49,696 nucleotides of DNA. Origin: Deltaproteobacteria bacterium. GTDB taxonomy: Bacteria; Desulfobacterota; DSM-4660; Desulfatiglandales; HGW-15. Shown piece by piece: positions 20,101 through 30,130 of the stretch. The position numbers and the translations under genes were made by a program. The stretch lies in NCBI GenBank assembly GCA_019307745.1, contig JAFDJA010000002.1, forward strand, positions 1 through 49,696, written 5' to 3'. The notes below the pieces were generated by a model. It was not told where the DNA came from. It made no database searches and saw only the letters and a list, made by a program, of their open reading frames with translations. Numbering within the stretch: position 1 is the first letter of the stretch; each line of letters begins with the position of its first letter.

Positions 20101-20469
20101 ATGACAGATGATAAGCGAAAATTCACACGGTTCCCTTTTAATGCAAAAGCGGAATTAATTGTGGAGGATACCAGGTATGAGATTAAGGCGATAAATAATC
20201 TCAGTATTGGAGGATGTCTTCTTTTTGTTACACCAGATCTGAAGTCTGAGACCTTATGCCAGTTGAGGATTCAACTGGGAACCACAGGAAATGATCCGGC
20301 TGTAGAGGTTGAGGGGAGTGTTATCCGCTGTGCGGATTCAGAGGTGGCAATTAAATTCGTACGGATCGATCCTGAAAATCTTTTTCACCTGCATAATATT
20401 GCCCGTTACAACAGTTCTGATCCCGAAAAGACAGAAGAGGAGATCAAGAAGAATCCCGGGATATGTTAG
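20101..20469 (+). CDS. Stand-alone PilZ-domain c-di-GMP-binding protein
   Basis: RxxxR (RKFTR) and D/NxSxxG (NLSIGG) motifs are both intact. Confidence 0.85.
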   Translation: MTDDKRKFTRFPFNAKAELIVEDTRYEIKAINNLSIGGCLLFVTPDLKSETLCQLRIQLGTTGNDPAVEVEGSVIRCADSEVAIKFVRIDPENLFHLHNIARYNSSDPEKTEEEIKKNPGIC

Positions 20470-20826
20470 CCTTTTGTGTTCCATTTGAGCTATACTCCGG
20501 ACAGTGTTGATTTTGAACTGTTTTGGAGTCAGTCTATGACTGTATTCCCTCTTTTTTACATTTCTTTAGGCTCGGCTGGTCATTTACTGCCATGTTTAAT
20601 CCTGTTTGAATTTTTTTTGAGATATCCTATTGACGAAACCGCTCTATTCTAATAAAAATTTGTCTTTTTGTAAGGATCTAACACTTTGAAAAAAAATATT
20701 TATAATCATTTGATAATTAATGTCTGAATCCTGTACCATTTGTCCCGCCATGGGGGCAGGCTGCAGCAGATAAAAAGCGCAGAATCCAGATAACAAATAA
20801 TGTATTACACTTTGTATATATGAATC

Positions 20827-21468
20827 ATGATAGCAATAATAGATTATAATGCGGGCAATCTTACGAGTGTTAAACGGGCACTTGATTTTCTTGGACAGAA
20901 ATCAGTAATTACCAGTGATTTTTCAACAGTGGTTAATGCTGAGAGAATTATCTTCCCTGGTGTTGGGGCTGCGGGGAGGGCCATTTCTGACCTTCGTCAA
21001 CGAAAACTTGACAGAGCTATTCTTGAAGTCTTTAATTGTGGCAAGCCTATTCTCGGCATATGCCTTGGCACTCAAATTATTATGCAAAGGAGCCAGGAAA
21101 ACAATACTGTATGCCTTGGATTAATAAAAGGCGATGTTAAACTGTTTTCTGAAAATCTTTCAGACGGGCAATGTGGTCGGCTGAAAGTACCCCATATGGG
21201 CTGGAACAGTATTAGATTGAATAAGGCCCATCCCCTTTTTGATGGGGTCGATCCGTCCAGTGAGTTTTATTTTGTTCATTCTTACTATCCAGTGCCTGAT
21301 GAACAAGATAAAATTCTTGGTGAGACCTCATACGGGATTCAATTTGCGTCAGTCCTCATTTCAAAGAATCTGATTGCCATGCAGTTTCATCCTGAAAAGA
21401 GCGGAAGACCAGGCCTGAGGATACTTGATAATTTTTGCAGATGGAATGGAAAAGGTTATGCTGAGTAA
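20827..21468 (+). CDS. hisH: Imidazole glycerol phosphate synthase, glutaminase subunit
   Basis: [41 protein letters not shown]. Confidence 0.96.
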   Translation: MIAIIDYNAGNLTSVKRALDFLGQKSVITSDFSTVVNAERIIFPGVGAAGRAISDLRQRKLDRAILEVFNCGKPILGICLGTQIIMQRSQENNTVCLGLIKGDVKLFSENLSDGQCGRLKVPHMGWNSIRLNKAHPLFDGVDPSSEFYFVHSYYPVPDEQDKILGETSYGIQFASVLISKNLIAMQFHPEKSGRPGLRILDNFCRWNGKGYAE

Positions 21469-22237
21469 AAGAATAATACCCTGCCTTGATGTTCGTGACG
21501 GCAAGCTGACAAAAGGGGTTAAGTTCAAAGGAAACGTTGATATAGGTGATCCTGTTGAAACAGCTGCCCGTTATTATGAGGAGGGTGCGGATGAACTGGT
21601 CTTTTATGATATTACAGCATCCCATGAGAAACGGGATATAATGATTGAAACGGTAAGGAAGGTCGCTGAAAGGATATTTATTCCTTTTTCCGTTGGTGGC
21701 GGAATACGTACAGTAGAAGATATGCGTGAAGTGCTTCTGGCAGGGGCTGAAAAGATCAGCATAAATTCAGCTGCGGTAAAAAATCCTGATTTAATTTCCA
21801 TGGGTGCTGAGATCTTTGGCAGCCAATGTATCGTACTGGGTATGGATGTCTTGAGGGTGTCAATATCTGAGAAGATCCCTTCAGGGTATGAGATTGTTAT
21901 CAACGGAGGCAGGGCACATACCGGGATTGATGCTCTTGAATGGGCAAAAAATGGGGAAAACCTCGGAGCTGGAGAGATATGCCTAAATTCTATTGATGCT
22001 GACGGTACCAAAGATGGATATGAGCTTGAGTTAAGCAGATTGATCTCATCCAATGTAAAGATACCGGTTATTGCTTCTGGCGGAGCTGGAACTCCTACAC
22101 ACCTCTTTGATGTTCTCTCAGAGGATAAAGCAGATGCAGCGCTTATTGCGTCTATGACACACTACGGGACATACACTATCAGAGAGATAAAAACCTATCT
22201 CCATGAAAGAAAAATCAAGGTCAGGATGAATTGGTAG
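21458..22237 (+). CDS. hisF: Imidazole glycerol phosphate synthase, cyclase subunit
   Basis: [35 protein letters not shown]; start at 21458 overlaps the end of hisH. Confidence 0.96.
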   Translation: MLSKRIIPCLDVRDGKLTKGVKFKGNVDIGDPVETAARYYEEGADELVFYDITASHEKRDIMIETVRKVAERIFIPFSVGGGIRTVEDMREVLLAGAEKISINSAAVKNPDLISMGAEIFGSQCIVLGMDVLRVSISEKIPSGYEIVINGGRAHTGIDALEWAKNGENLGAGEICLNSIDADGTKDGYELELSRLISSNVKIPVIASGGAGTPTHLFDVLSEDKADAALIASMTHYGTYTIREIKTYLHERKIKVRMNW

Positions 22238-22869
22238 CTCAGTCAGTATCTAGTAACGGTTTCATCGGTTATCCAAACAGCCGGACATATAAATCCTCCG
22301 GTTTAGTGGTCAATGCATATAACTAATAGCCTCTCGTCGATTTCGTTTGATTTTGTCAGTATCAAGCGGTTGCTATCTGCCGCGGCTTGAAACCGGAAAT
22401 CCGTCCTGTGATCACTGGATGGGACTGAGCTCTGAAGAGTGGAGAAATCGGCAATTCTACTGGCATGGAAGACCTTGTCTCCAAAGGAGAGAAGGAAATC
22501 TTTGCTGTCCTGCCGGGACTAATAACTTTGTCTCCCCCCCCAATCCAGTTTAACGGGAAATGGGATTATGTCACAATAAGGGTCAAACTTCCAATCTTTC
22601 AAGGATTTTCTGCGTCTCATTAACATGCCCGCTGGACAATCTGGATTAAAATGTTTTAAAACACGGACCAGTTTCATAAGCAGTCTATAGTTACAATAAT
22701 ATTTGCATCTTTAAATTATACATGTTAAAATTGCACACTTATTTTGGCCTCTATTTATTTCAGTATCTTTTTAAAGAGATTAATTTTATATGTCCTATTG
22801 ATGTTAATGGAAAGGCTAGAGGCTCAGAAGCTAAAATTGGACATGATCGGATATCAAGGGGGATCAATT

Positions 22870-23238
22870 ATGGCGAAAATACTGATCGTTGATGATGAAG
22901 AACATATCCGTTTTTTATATTCAGAAGAACTGAGTGAGGCTGGCTATGAAGTAATCACTGCTGATAGCGGACTTGGTCTTATTGAAAAGATAGAAAGCGA
23001 AAAGCCTGATTTGGTAGTCCTGGATATAAAAATGGTAGACTATAACGGGCTTGATCTATTGCAGGATATACGCAATAAGTTTTATGATATGCCTGTTGTC
23101 CTTTGTACTGCCTATGATACATTTAAGGAAGATATGAAATCCATTGCAGCTGACTTTTATGTAATTAAGTCATTTGATTTGACAGAGCTTAAAAGCAAGA
23201 TTGTAATGGCGCTGGAGGCAGGGTCAAGCCCAGAATAA
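22870..23238 (+). CDS. Single-domain response regulator (receiver only)
   Basis: KILIVDDE, PDLVVLDIKM, CTAY, VIKS; start reassigned to 22870 after a GGGGG RBS. Confidence 0.88.
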   Translation: MAKILIVDDEEHIRFLYSEELSEAGYEVITADSGLGLIEKIESEKPDLVVLDIKMVDYNGLDLLQDIRNKFYDMPVVLCTAYDTFKEDMKSIAADFYVIKSFDLTELKSKIVMALEAGSSPE

Positions 23239-23325
23239 AACATTTGATTGAACAAGGCAAGCATCAGGCTAAATCATATGGGTGATTTGGCCTGTTTTAT
23301 TTCAGGAAACAGTAATAGCTGATAT

Positions 23326-23799
23326 CTATTTATGATACTTTGTGCCCTTCATAATAGTAAAGGCTCTGTATATCTGTTCAATAAGAAATAGTCTGCACAT
23401 CTCATGTGGGAAGGTGAGTCTTGAAAGAGAGAGAACATCATCGGCCTGGTCTATAATTCCCCGTGAAAGTCCCAGTGGCCCTCCTATTATAAAGTTGATC
23501 CATCCCCTCTGGCTGGTAGACAATTTTTCCAGCCAGAATGAGAATCCTTCTGAGTCATATTCCCTTCCCAAGGGATCAAGTGCTACCAGATAGTCATGTG
23601 GCACCAGTTTTTTGGTAATTGCAAGTGCCTCTTCAGCAATAATATCCTTTTTAGGCCGTCCTTTTTTTATTTTGGCTGGTTTGACTTCAATCCACTCCAC
23701 TCGGGCATACTTTTTAAGGCGGTCCAGGTAAGTCACCTCCCCGTCACTGAGGAATTTGGCCCTTGTTCGATCAACTACCAGAAATTTGATTTTAAGCAT
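23326..23799 (-). CDS. rlmH: 23S rRNA (pseudouridine-1915-N3)-methyltransferase
   Basis: FIIGGPLG, LSLSRLTFPHE, EQIYRAFTIMKGTKYHK. Confidence 0.93.
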   Translation of the reverse strand: MLKIKFLVVDRTRAKFLSDGEVTYLDRLKKYARVEWIEVKPAKIKKGRPKKDIIAEEALAITKKLVPHDYLVALDPLGREYDSEGFSFWLEKLSTSQRGWINFIIGGPLGLSRGIIDQADDVLSLSRLTFPHEMCRLFLIEQIYRAFTIMKGTKYHK

Positions 23800-24274
23800 C
23801 TGCCTGGCCGATCCTATCTGAAATAATCTGTTTCAGGAGAGACCGCACTGCCAGAGTAATTTGAGACTGTGCCGCCCGGTAATGATATAATGACTTCCCA
23901 AAAGGATCAAGAATGTCGTCTACAATCTGGCCTGATGATATGTATCGACCAAGGAGATGGATCTTTTCCTTTTCCTCCGGCCATTTTTTTTCAATTGTTT
24001 CCTTATGGCCTTTTTCCATAACCAGGACGATATCTGCCCAATCCACATCCTTTTTTGTGATCATCCGAGCCCTGTGATCATCTGCATATATCCCCATCTT
24101 TTTTAGGAATACCACCATTTCAGGATCACCAGGGGTGTCAGGGTAAGCGGCAACTCCTACGGATGTGACAGCAACATTTTTTACTCCGTTGATGCTCATT
24201 TCATTTTTTAAAAGCCTTTCAGCAAGAAAACTCCTGCTGATGTTTCCTGTGCATACAAAAAGGATATTTATCAT
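23792..24274 (-). CDS. Low-molecular-weight protein tyrosine/arginine phosphatase family protein
   Basis: ILFVCTGNISRS P-loop and DILDPFG. Confidence 0.85.
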   Translation of the reverse strand: MINILFVCTGNISRSFLAERLLKNEMSINGVKNVAVTSVGVAAYPDTPGDPEMVVFLKKMGIYADDHRARMITKKDVDWADIVLVMEKGHKETIEKKWPEEKEKIHLLGRYISSGQIVDDILDPFGKSLYHYRAAQSQITLAVRSLLKQIISDRIGQADA

Positions 24275-25773
24275 TTTGCTTTTAGACCAAGGATGCCGGC
24301 TATTTCAGCTGACATCTCATGAATATATTTCTGCAGCTCCTCGCCTTTAAGTGGTCTGCCACGTTCAGGATAATTCTTCAGGTTTTCAGGCCTGACCAGA
24401 ACTGGGGCGTTTTTAAATTCATTCTTGGGTTTAATCTTGAATTCAGGGGGAAAACTATCTTCGAAGTACATTTCCTGAAATGTCAGGAATTTGAGCATAT
24501 GAGCAGTTGAGTCCAGGATACATGTCTCGTTATTCAGGATAAATCCCTCGGTTTTGGCTTTTTTCAGCCCTGCCAGGGATTCTCCTCCCTGAGTACACAC
24601 AATATTTCCATTCCGGTTGGCAATGATCATAGAATCCATGATATCCTGCTCTGTGACCTGTACTATAAAAATTTTCAAGTCATCAGCTGCATTATTATAC
24701 TCTTGAAATAGTTTGATGACTCTGGGCATGGACACAGGATTCCCTATCATCGCGGCCTGAGCAACACTGGAGTTTACTGTAACCGGTTTGAATCTGCGTT
24801 TGTCCGGGATCGATTCCAGATAATATTTGTAGACCGGATCTGCATGTTCAGACTGTACGCCGATGATCTTGGGCAGACCATCTGTAATCCCGGCCTGGAA
24901 AAACTTTAAAAAACCATTCATTATTGCGGTTATATTTCCAGCATTGCCAATGGGTAATACTATGACTTTATCAGCTACTTCATAATCAAAATCCTGGGAG
25001 ATCTCGTAGGAAAAAGATTCTTGACCAAGGATACGCCAGCTGTTTTTGGAATTAAGTAGGGCAACATGATAATTATCTGCAAGCGCTTCCACAACCTTCA
25101 TGCAGTCATCAAAAACTCCCGGGATTTCAAGCACTTTTGCTCCGCTGCCAAGAGGTTGGGCCAATTGCTGAGGAGTAACTTTGCCATGGGGGAGAAGGAC
25201 CGCTGACTTTACAAGATCCGCAAGATAAGAGGCATAAAGGGCGGCTGATGCAGATGTGTCACCGGTAGAGGCGCATATGGCAAGCAGGTTATCCAGTTTG
25301 TTCTTGCTGGCAAAATAATTAATAAAGCTCAGTGCGCATGCCATGCCCCTATCCTTAAAGGAGGCGCTTGGGTTTAGACCGTCATCCTTATAATAGAAAT
25401 TCAATCCAACCATATCTTTAAGTTGCTCATTTGCCTCTACCATAGGGGTATGCCCCTCACCCAGATAGACAATGTGTTCAATGGGAATCACTGGTGCAAT
25501 AAATTCATAATAGCGGAATATCCCTTTCAGGGGTTGATAGTTAAGCATCCTGCGGTAGTCAAAAACCTTCCGCCATGTTTCTCCGCCAATCTTGCTGAGA
25601 CGATCAAAATTGTTGTCTTGGAGCATAAGTACACTCCCGCAATCTGGACAGGTATAGAGCAGGCGGTCTATGCTTGACTCATTCTTGCATTCCAGACATC
25701 TGTAGGAAATACTACCATCAGATTTGGGTATTAGATACTGTTTTACATCTTCAGGAAATTGATCAATCTTCAT
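24271..25773 (-). CDS. thrC: Threonine synthase
   Basis: LGEGHTP, NPSASFKDRG (PLP lysine), CASTGDTSAS, PIGNAGNI; N-terminal CxxC...CxxC. Start uncertain (25773, 25791 or 25833). Confidence 0.92.
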   Translation of the reverse strand: MKIDQFPEDVKQYLIPKSDGSISYRCLECKNESSIDRLLYTCPDCGSVLMLQDNNFDRLSKIGGETWRKVFDYRRMLNYQPLKGIFRYYEFIAPVIPIEHIVYLGEGHTPMVEANEQLKDMVGLNFYYKDDGLNPSASFKDRGMACALSFINYFASKNKLDNLLAICASTGDTSASAALYASYLADLVKSAVLLPHGKVTPQQLAQPLGSGAKVLEIPGVFDDCMKVVEALADNYHVALLNSKNSWRILGQESFSYEISQDFDYEVADKVIVLPIGNAGNITAIMNGFLKFFQAGITDGLPKIIGVQSEHADPVYKYYLESIPDKRRFKPVTVNSSVAQAAMIGNPVSMPRVIKLFQEYNNAADDLKIFIVQVTEQDIMDSMIIANRNGNIVCTQGGESLAGLKKAKTEGFILNNETCILDSTAHMLKFLTFQEMYFEDSFPPEFKIKPKNEFKNAPVLVRPENLKNYPERGRPLKGEELQKYIHEMSAEIAGILGLKAK

Positions 25774-25963
25774 TGTTTTACCCGTGGTCATTGAATTTAT
25801 TCTAAGCCTATTACATAATTGTTCGTATTTCAACTTAAAGAATTGGGGGTATATAAATTATATCTTGAGGAGGAAGTCTGAAAATGTTAAATAAGCTAAG
25901 CTGAACAATAAATAATCAATAATTTTTCGATTGGAATCAATAAATATATTCCGGGACAAAAAA

Positions 25964-26950
25964 ATGATAATAGAACAGGCAAAAGATGTTTTGAGGATAG
26001 AGGCTGAGGGAATCATGGATCTTGTGGACCGAATTGGCCCTGAATTCGAAAAGGCGGTTCTGATGATTTTCAAGGCAAAGGGCAGGGTCATACTTACGGG
26101 TATGGGTAAATCTGGAATAATATGTAGAAAAATTTCTGCCACCCTTAATAGTACAGGCACTCCATCTCTTTTTATGCATCCTGCTGAAGCAATCCATGGA
26201 GACCTGGGCATGGTTGCCAAAGATGATATTGTTCTTGCTATTTCAAACAGTGGACAGACACTGGAGATAAACAATCTATTGCCTATACTGAAGAAAATGG
26301 GATCAAAAATCATCGCCTTTACAGGAGATCCTGATTCATCTATGGCAAGGGAGAGCGATATTGTCATTGATGTTTGTGTTGAAAAGGAAGCCTGCCCGAT
26401 GGATATTGTCCCAACTACAAGCACCACCGCGGTACTCGCCATGGGTGACGCCTTGGCTGTTGTGCTGATAAACCTCAGGCGGTTCAATAAAAAGGATTTC
26501 AAGCGATTCCATCCGGGTGGCAGTCTTGGTGAGAGGCTTTCAATAAAGGTCAAGGAAGCAATGATCACAGATGATTATATCCCTATGGTAACCCTTGGTT
26601 CTCAAGTAATAGATGCAATCAAGGAGATGGATTCAAAAAAAATTGGGGCGACTATTATAGTTGATAATGATAAAAGACTGGCCGGGATATTGACAGATGG
26701 GGATCTTAGAAGAGCTCTTATTTTACATGACTCAATTCATTCCCTAAAGGTTGAAGAGATTATGTCTGATTCTCCCAGGACTATAGACGAAGATATGCTA
26801 GCGGCAGAGGCACTTGGTATCATGGAGCTATATGAGATCACCCACCTTATCATTCTCGACAAACAAAAGCGAGTAAATGGTGTAATTCATCTGCATGATT
26901 TGCTGGGACGAAAGGATTTTAAACTGAATGGCGGTTTTATTCGACATTAA
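25964..26950 (+). CDS. kdsD: Arabinose-5-phosphate isomerase (KpsF/GutQ; SIS + 2 CBS domains)
   Basis: TGMGKSG, HPAEAIHGDLG, PTTSTT, FHPGGSLG, CBS motif GILTDGDLRR. Confidence 0.93.
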   Translation: MIIEQAKDVLRIEAEGIMDLVDRIGPEFEKAVLMIFKAKGRVILTGMGKSGIICRKISATLNSTGTPSLFMHPAEAIHGDLGMVAKDDIVLAISNSGQTLEINNLLPILKKMGSKIIAFTGDPDSSMARESDIVIDVCVEKEACPMDIVPTTSTTAVLAMGDALAVVLINLRRFNKKDFKRFHPGGSLGERLSIKVKEAMITDDYIPMVTLGSQVIDAIKEMDSKKIGATIIVDNDKRLAGILTDGDLRRALILHDSIHSLKVEEIMSDSPRTIDEDMLAAEALGIMELYEITHLIILDKQKRVNGVIHLHDLLGRKDFKLNGGFIRH

Positions 26951-27069
26951 TTGCAGCTGATAAAACATGGTTTTTCGGTTAGCTGATAGAATAGAGCATT
27001 GATATTTTTTTCAAACTAATTTTCATACTTACTTAAAAGCAAATAAATCTTCTTAAGTAGAAGGTTTTC

Positions 27070-27098
27070 TTGACATTTCCTTTGAAATGGCTTATAAG
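27070..27098 (+). promoter_or_regulatory. sigma-70 promoter candidate for ihfB and the H1-like gene
   Basis: TTGACA-17 nt-TATAAG. Confidence 0.45.
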
Positions 27099-27304
27099 TT
27101 TTAGTGAATTTTTCGAATCTAGTCAAGATTCCACGGATACAATCATTTAATTTCTATAATTTATAAGGAGTAAATATTATATTCATTGTTCTTTTTTTAA
27201 AAGGCATGTGATATTATATTAAGGAATTAGAACTGCTAGGCAATCATTTCACTGGATAATTTCAAATATTAAGCATATAAAAAACCTGATTTAAGGGAGT
27301 GATT

Positions 27305-27583
27305 ATGAATAGATCAGATTTAATAGAAATATTGAGCAAGGATTCAGGATTAACAAAGAGGATGGCTGAAGAGATCGTAGATTCGGTGTTTAACTCCATG
27401 ACTAACTCCCTTGCCCGGGGTGAAAGGGTTGAAATTAGAGGATTTGGAAATTTCAAAGTCAAGGCTTATGATGGATATACCGGGAGGAATCCCAAGACCG
27501 GAGAACTAATAGAAGTAAAACCAAAGAAAATGCCGTTTTTTAAATGTGGAAAAGAATTGAAAGAGAGAGTCGATCATCTTTAA
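27305..27583 (+). CDS. ihfB: Integration host factor beta / HU family DNA-binding protein
   Basis: MNRSDLIE, RVEIRGFGNF, GRNPKTGE, PFFKCGKELKERV. Confidence 0.9.
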   Translation: MNRSDLIEILSKDSGLTKRMAEEIVDSVFNSMTNSLARGERVEIRGFGNFKVKAYDGYTGRNPKTGELIEVKPKKMPFFKCGKELKERVDHL

Positions 27584-27611
27584 TCTAAATTTCACTTGAT
27601 AGGAGGTTATT

Positions 27612-28193
27612 ATGAAGCAGTTAAAAGAAGATATTCAGGCTTTATCAAAGATATTGAGACAGTTGACAAAGAAGACGGAATCTATGGGCAAGAAGCTGGC
27701 CAAACTTGAAATAGCTGAGGCCAAGAAATTAAAGGCCAAAGCAGCAGCAAAAAAGACGGTAAAAAAAGTAGCAAAGAAAAAAACCGTCAAAAAGGCTGCA
27801 TCAAAAAAGGTGGCAAAGAAAAAAATTACCAAAAAGGCAGCACCGAAAAAAGCAGCAAAGAAACCTGCCAAAAAGGCAGCACCGAAAAAAGTAGCAAAGA
27901 AACCTGCCAAAAAGGCAGCACCGAAAAAAGCAGCAAGGAAACCTGCCAAAAAGGCAGCACCGAAAAAAGCAGCAAGGAAACCTGCCAAAAAGGCAGTCAA
28001 AAAGAAAGGCGCAAAACCAACCGCCATTGAGATTGTCAGCAAGATTATCAACAGCAGCAAAAAGGGCGTCAACATGGATCAGCTCAAGGCAAAAACCGGT
28101 TTTGACAGTAAAAAGATCTATAATGTCGTTAACAGACTCAAAGTTCAGGGCAAGATTAAGAGTATAGGTCAGGGAATATATACTAAAAAGTAG
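27612..28193 (+). CDS. Histone H1-like Lys/Ala/Pro-rich protein with N-terminal coiled coil and C-terminal winged-helix-like domain
   Basis: AGGAGG RBS; KKAAPKKAAKKPA repeats; C-terminal TAIEIVSKII...KTGFDSKKIYNVVNRLKVQGKIKSIGQGIY. Confidence 0.85.
   Translation: MKQLKEDIQALSKILRQLTKKTESMGKKLAKLEIAEAKKLKAKAAAKKTVKKVAKKKTVKKAASKKVAKKKITKKAAPKKAAKKPAKKAAPKKVAKKPAKKAAPKKAARKPAKKAAPKKAARKPAKKAVKKKGAKPTAIEIVSKIINSSKKGVNMDQLKAKTGFDSKKIYNVVNRLKVQGKIKSIGQGIYTKK
27831..27996 (+). repeat. In-frame 39-bp tandem repeat, 4 full copies plus a partial copy
   Basis: Unit AAAAAGGCAGCACCGAAAAAAGYAGCAARGAAACCTGCC starts at 27831, 27870, 27909 and 27948. Confidence 0.92.
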
Positions 28194-28243
28194 CCTCTAC
28201 TCCTGATTTGCTTTGATTACACCAAGACTTTGTATTATTTTAA

Positions 28244-28335
28244 TCTCTCAGGGCTTAATTTTCTACGGCTTGCTGAGATAAAAATAGAGATTACCAAGGT
28301 TGATACCCCTCTGCTCTACGGAGGGGTAGTTCATT
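28244..28335. repeat. Dispersed ~92-bp repeat, copy 2
   Basis: Matches 15591-15681; terminal hairpin TACCCCTCTG-CTCTA-CGGAGGGGTA followed by GTTCATT. Confidence 0.7.
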
Positions 28336-28410
28336 AAATTGATATTAAAACCTCCTTCGCCTGAAAAGGCTATGGATTGAGCATTCTACATCGTATAGAG
28401 GAAATGATCA

Positions 28411-28442
28411 AAAAGCCCCCGCCTAAGAAGGAGGGGGCTTTT
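28411..28442. terminator. Bidirectional intrinsic terminator
   Basis: AAAAGCCCCC-N12-GGGGGCTTTT, between the convergent H1-like and radical SAM genes. Confidence 0.75.
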
Positions 28443-28778
28443 CTGTTTGCTTTTCCCCTATTATTGCATCGCTGTCAGGACTTATTTGATTCCAATAAAG
28501 GCCTTAGGCAGAGGTTTATAAGATGCCACTTGCAGCTTAGGTCGTTGGGATCGATCCATACCATTAATATTTTATCAAATAGCGCAGTAGATACCTGGTG
28601 CAATACTCAGGTACAAATTCTGTGATGAACTGCTTGATTAGAAGATTTGGAGGGGACTCATTATTACTGGTATGAGATGGTATTATCTATATTATAGGGG
28701 GGACAAAGCACATTTGGCAGTAGTAGCATTAAAACCAGATTGAAAAGAAGTCATTTATGAAAAAATATGTTTAAGGGA

Positions 28779-29744
28779 TTATCTATTCCCAGCGAAAGGC
28801 TCATCCATCTGGAAGTCAGGGAGAAACATTAACTCAGTATCAAAGGGTTTGTTCCCAGGAATTTGAACGAACATATTCTTAAAGCCTAGGTCCATTGCAT
28901 GTGAATAGACACAGTCAAATTCCTCTTTTTTAAGTGGCCTGTTCATATTTTTATCTTCATGTTGAAAGACAGGGTAGTACTGTGACATAAGGCTTATTGG
29001 CAAGTCGGCACCAAACTCAAGAAATAAACTGGTCAGGGCGTTCAAAGAGTTCTTGACCAGTCCGGGCAATATCAGGTGCCTTACAAGGACTCCTTTTGTG
29101 GCCAATTTTGAATTTTTTTTAAATGAATCAAGAAAACCCTTCTGTTTGATCATCTCATTGATAGCATAAAGAGCCACATCCGGATAATTTTTACAATTAG
29201 ACAGTATTTTTGCCGCTTTAGGGTCAGAATATTTATAATCGGGGAGATAGATATCCGCATATCTTTCCGTCATTTTTAACATGGGTATGGATTGATAACC
29301 TGACAGATTATAGACCGAAGGCAGATCATATCCTTCTTTTTGAAGAAAACTGACCAGGCGGTATGTGTAAGGAAAAAAGTGATCAGGAGTAACGAAATTT
29401 ATGTTATGGACTCGTGTACGGCTGATCATCTCTTCCACTCTAATGAAAAGTTCTTCGAATTCCATTGGTTTCCCCAGGTTGCCAGTGGAAATCTGATGGT
29501 TTTGACAGAATGAGCATCCCAGAGAGCAACCGCTAAAAAAGATGGCCCCCGAGCCCATGCTGCCTGAAATCGGAGGTTCTTCTCCAAAATGAGCACCAAT
29601 GTGTGCGATACGAAGCAAATGAGACTGTCCACAGAATCCAATCGTCTCCATTCGGTTAACAGAACATTGTTTTGGGCACATCTTACAGTCCCTAAAAAAA
29701 ACAGAAAAATTTTTAAGTTTATTTGTCTCTGCAGAAAAAGTCAT
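28779..29744 (-). CDS. Radical SAM protein, PflX-like
   Basis: HFGEEPPISG, FFSGCSLGCSFCQN (CxxxCxxC), NINFVTPDH, YLPDYKY, VRHLILPG, SLMSQYYP. Confidence 0.88.
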   Translation of the reverse strand: MTFSAETNKLKNFSVFFRDCKMCPKQCSVNRMETIGFCGQSHLLRIAHIGAHFGEEPPISGSMGSGAIFFSGCSLGCSFCQNHQISTGNLGKPMEFEELFIRVEEMISRTRVHNINFVTPDHFFPYTYRLVSFLQKEGYDLPSVYNLSGYQSIPMLKMTERYADIYLPDYKYSDPKAAKILSNCKNYPDVALYAINEMIKQKGFLDSFKKNSKLATKGVLVRHLILPGLVKNSLNALTSLFLEFGADLPISLMSQYYPVFQHEDKNMNRPLKKEEFDCVYSHAMDLGFKNMFVQIPGNKPFDTELMFLPDFQMDEPFAGNR

Positions 29745-30130
29745 ATCTTAAATAATCAATAATTTTGTTTTATAGTTATATATAATCGAATACTTGATTC
29801 AATTTTTAATCATAATCATATAATAATGAATTGTGCAATAGGTGAAAAAACAGGAAATAATTTATGAAAGGGCAGTATTGAATTAGGTATGTCAATTTGT
29901 AACAGGTTTGGTTCTCACGGCTGATAGGATTTTCAACAAGAGGTAAGGCTCAAGGATGATAAAATCGTAAATGCCTTTTTCTTAAAACCACTATCAGTAT
30001 TACTTCCACTCCCTAAAATGCCATACCCCTATTATCCTGACCAATAGGATGGTAAAAAGGGTGTAATTTTATCCACACCAAATAGCAAGGGACCTAATTA
30101 TTACCATTATACATTTATATTATGGGCCAG

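Noticed and set aside
20686-20727. His attenuator leader peptide upstream of hisH
   Set aside because: The short TTG-started frame has only one His codon and no clear terminator/antiterminator pair.
22233-22290. tRNA-like start GGTAGCTCAGTC
   Set aside because: It overlaps the hisF stop, and no T-arm (GTTCRA), anticodon stem or acceptor pairing follows.
22240-22740. ncRNA or small ORF (22347-22553) in the hisF-response regulator gap
   Set aside because: No recognisable RNA family motif, RBS or protein motif; an Rfam scan would be needed.
27831-27996. CRISPR array
   Set aside because: The repeats are contiguous, have no unique spacers and are in frame within a protein; there are no cas genes.
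27635-28075. Hydrophobic 146-aa minus-strand ORF (FLAAFFGAA repeats)
   Set aside because: Antisense shadow of the lysine-rich repeat gene.
28477-28640. Minus-strand mini-ORF with CT-TGA as a third selenoprotein
   Set aside because: No start codon or RBS upstream in frame, no SECIS-like hairpin and no recognisable motif.
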